Assembly: GCF_002113885.1 (NCBI RefSeq)
Contig: NW_018407210.1
Span: 160,926-205,292, forward strand
Direction of reading: 5' to 3'
Origin: Mizuhopecten yessoensis
Taxonomy: Eukaryota
DNA length: 44,367 nt
How positions within the stretch are numbered: position 1 is the first letter of the stretch; each line of letters starts with the position of its first letter. Below are positions 42,830-44,367 of the stretch, one piece after another. The notes beneath the pieces were generated by a model that searched no databases, was not told the DNA's origin, and saw only the letters and a list, made by a program, of their open reading frames with translations. A program made the position numbers and the translations under genes.

Positions 42830-43909
42830 GGTAGGGTGGGCATCAATCTTGTGCCATAAACAAAGGCTGGTTTAAAATATTGTAACCAACTCTAGAAAGT
42901 AATTCTTTACCAATGACCATTAAAGTTATGTTGGTGCACTTTCAGTTTTCAAAACTAGATTGTAAAATGACATATCACAACAGCTAAGCAAGAAAGCATC
43001 TGTATTATGTTTTCATGGATGCTATATGCTTTCAGGTATATCAAAGAATTTTGTAAGTTTTCAGCACCCATTCTGCTATGATCATAGTCTCTTGACAGTT
43101 TATAGCTGTTGGTTTGTTAGAGGTGCATACTAGTAAAGCATCAAACTACTTTCAGTTGGCATTCATAGCCAATATGAATGCCAACTGGACAAAGAAAAAT
43201 TCAATGTAGTGTGTTAGCGCTTCATGTTGGATTTGCCTTTGTCCAGATGGAATTCATATTGCCTTTGAATGCCAAATGAAAGCAGTTCAATACCTCTTTT
43301 TACCATTTTTGGAATCTGTTCATCTCACAAAAAGGATCTTTTTTCACTCATCATCATTCAGCATTTAGCTCAGATAATGTATGTATTGTGTATGCTTGTT
43401 CAATTAATAGACAGCCATCGCCCGGGAACTGAATTTGGTAGGGTTATATAGTGGCAATGCCATACGATGGTAGATATACTGCTCTCATGTGTCGTTTAGC
43501 ATGTGTAGTTTTAGCATTAATTAATCCTTTCTAGTGTCACTACTGATACACAAGTCATTGCTTATGAAAAAAATGATAGTTGTCATTCTCTACTATCATT
43601 GGAATGGGCTACAAAGAAGGTAAGCTGTTCAAGAGTGTTGCGCATGCTGCACCATCATTATATGGGCTCTAGTAAACCTATAGCCATACACACTGACACA
43701 TTTTGAGCTTGACAACTTTCAAGAAAAGACAAATTATACTGTAGATAAATGATTTCTTTTGCTAACTTTACCCCCACTTAAAGAAGAATATATAGTAGTA
43801 AGCTAGTTTTAGAACATGTACCCCATCTGTGCATGTGTGCATCAGCTTTCATGCAACTGTAATGTTTGTAGCGATAAGTACACTGTAATTTTATTCTGTT
43901 GTGCTTCAG

Positions 43910-44006
43910 GATCCTAATGATGTACGTACGTGTCTGCTTCACTTTATGATGTCGTTCCTGATCATTGGGAGTGATGATGTCATCAAACAGTTGGCGGAGC
44001 AAAGAG
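43910..44006 (+). CDS. Plus-strand gene exon 4: DPNDVRTCLLHFMMSFLIIGSDDVIKQLAEQR
   Basis: cttcag acceptor and GAG|GTCAGT donor; phase 0 in. The gene continues beyond the window. Confidence 0.5.
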
Positions 44007-44018
44007 GTCAGTCTTAGA

Positions 44019-44367
44019 ATCAGAGGTATTAACTCTACCAGGTAGATAAGGACTGATGTTGTGTCTGTTGTCTGTTATATGAGAGGTATAAACTCTACCA
44101 GGTAGAGAAGGACTGATGTTGTGTCTGTTGTCTCTTATATCAGAGGTATAAACTCTACCAGGTAGAGAAGGACTGATGTTGTGTCTGTTGTCTCTTATAT
44201 CAGAGGTATAAACTCTACCAGGGAGATAAGGACTGATGTTGTGTTTGGCGTCTGTTATATCAAAGGTATAAACTATACCAGGTAGATAAGGACTGATGTG
44301 GTGTATGTTGTCTGTTATATCAGAGGTATAAACTCTACCAGGTAGATAAGGACTGATGTTGTGTTTG
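44019..44367. repeat. 60-bp tandem repeat (atcagaggtataaactctaccaggtagagaaggactgatgttgtgtctgttgtctcttat), ~5.8 copies, running to the window edge
   Basis: Copies at 44020, 44080, 44140, 44200, 44260 and 44320. Confidence 0.95.

Overview
This window is eukaryotic (metazoan) nuclear DNA, AT-rich and packed with tandem-repeat arrays; the repeat content resembles a mollusc genome, but that is an inference. There are no prokaryotic operons and no CRISPR. I can support three host genes and several mobile elements.

- **Vault PARP (PARP4) ortholog, minus strand.** At least 13 coding exons run from the ATG at 16392 down to at least 398. They encode an N-terminal BRCT domain, then the PARP catalytic domain, then the start of a VIT domain. 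The introns are filled with satellites.
- **CHMP1 (ESCRT-III) ortholog, minus strand, about 29713..34300.** It carries two equal-length (98 nt) tandem alternative exons, apparently mutually exclusive. Its first coding exon could not be placed.
- **Unidentified plus-strand gene.** Four exons at 38066..44006; the gene continues beyond the window.
- **Young, intact Ty3/gypsy-type LTR retrotransposon at 18382..25977.** It has identical 181-bp LTRs, a 4-bp target-site duplication (ATAG), a primer-binding site and a polypurine tract. It is the most notable element for three reasons:
  - an extra ORF upstream of gag carries SGNH/GDSL-esterase motifs;
  - gag has a helix-hairpin-helix (HhH) motif at its N-terminus;
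  - pol (PR-RT-RH-IN) ends in a PHD-type zinc finger where a chromodomain would be expected.
- **Other elements.**
  - A DNA-transposon-like element with subterminal GTTTCGGTAC repeats.
  - A foldback/MITE-like element.
  - A ~150-bp near-perfect palindrome.
  - A tRNA-derived SINE-like head fused to a satellite.
  - A recurring AGGTCA-rich repeat family.
- **Recurring pattern.** Three separate intronic tandem arrays (85 bp, 65 bp and 48 bp) are duplications of an exon 3'-end plus its splice donor.
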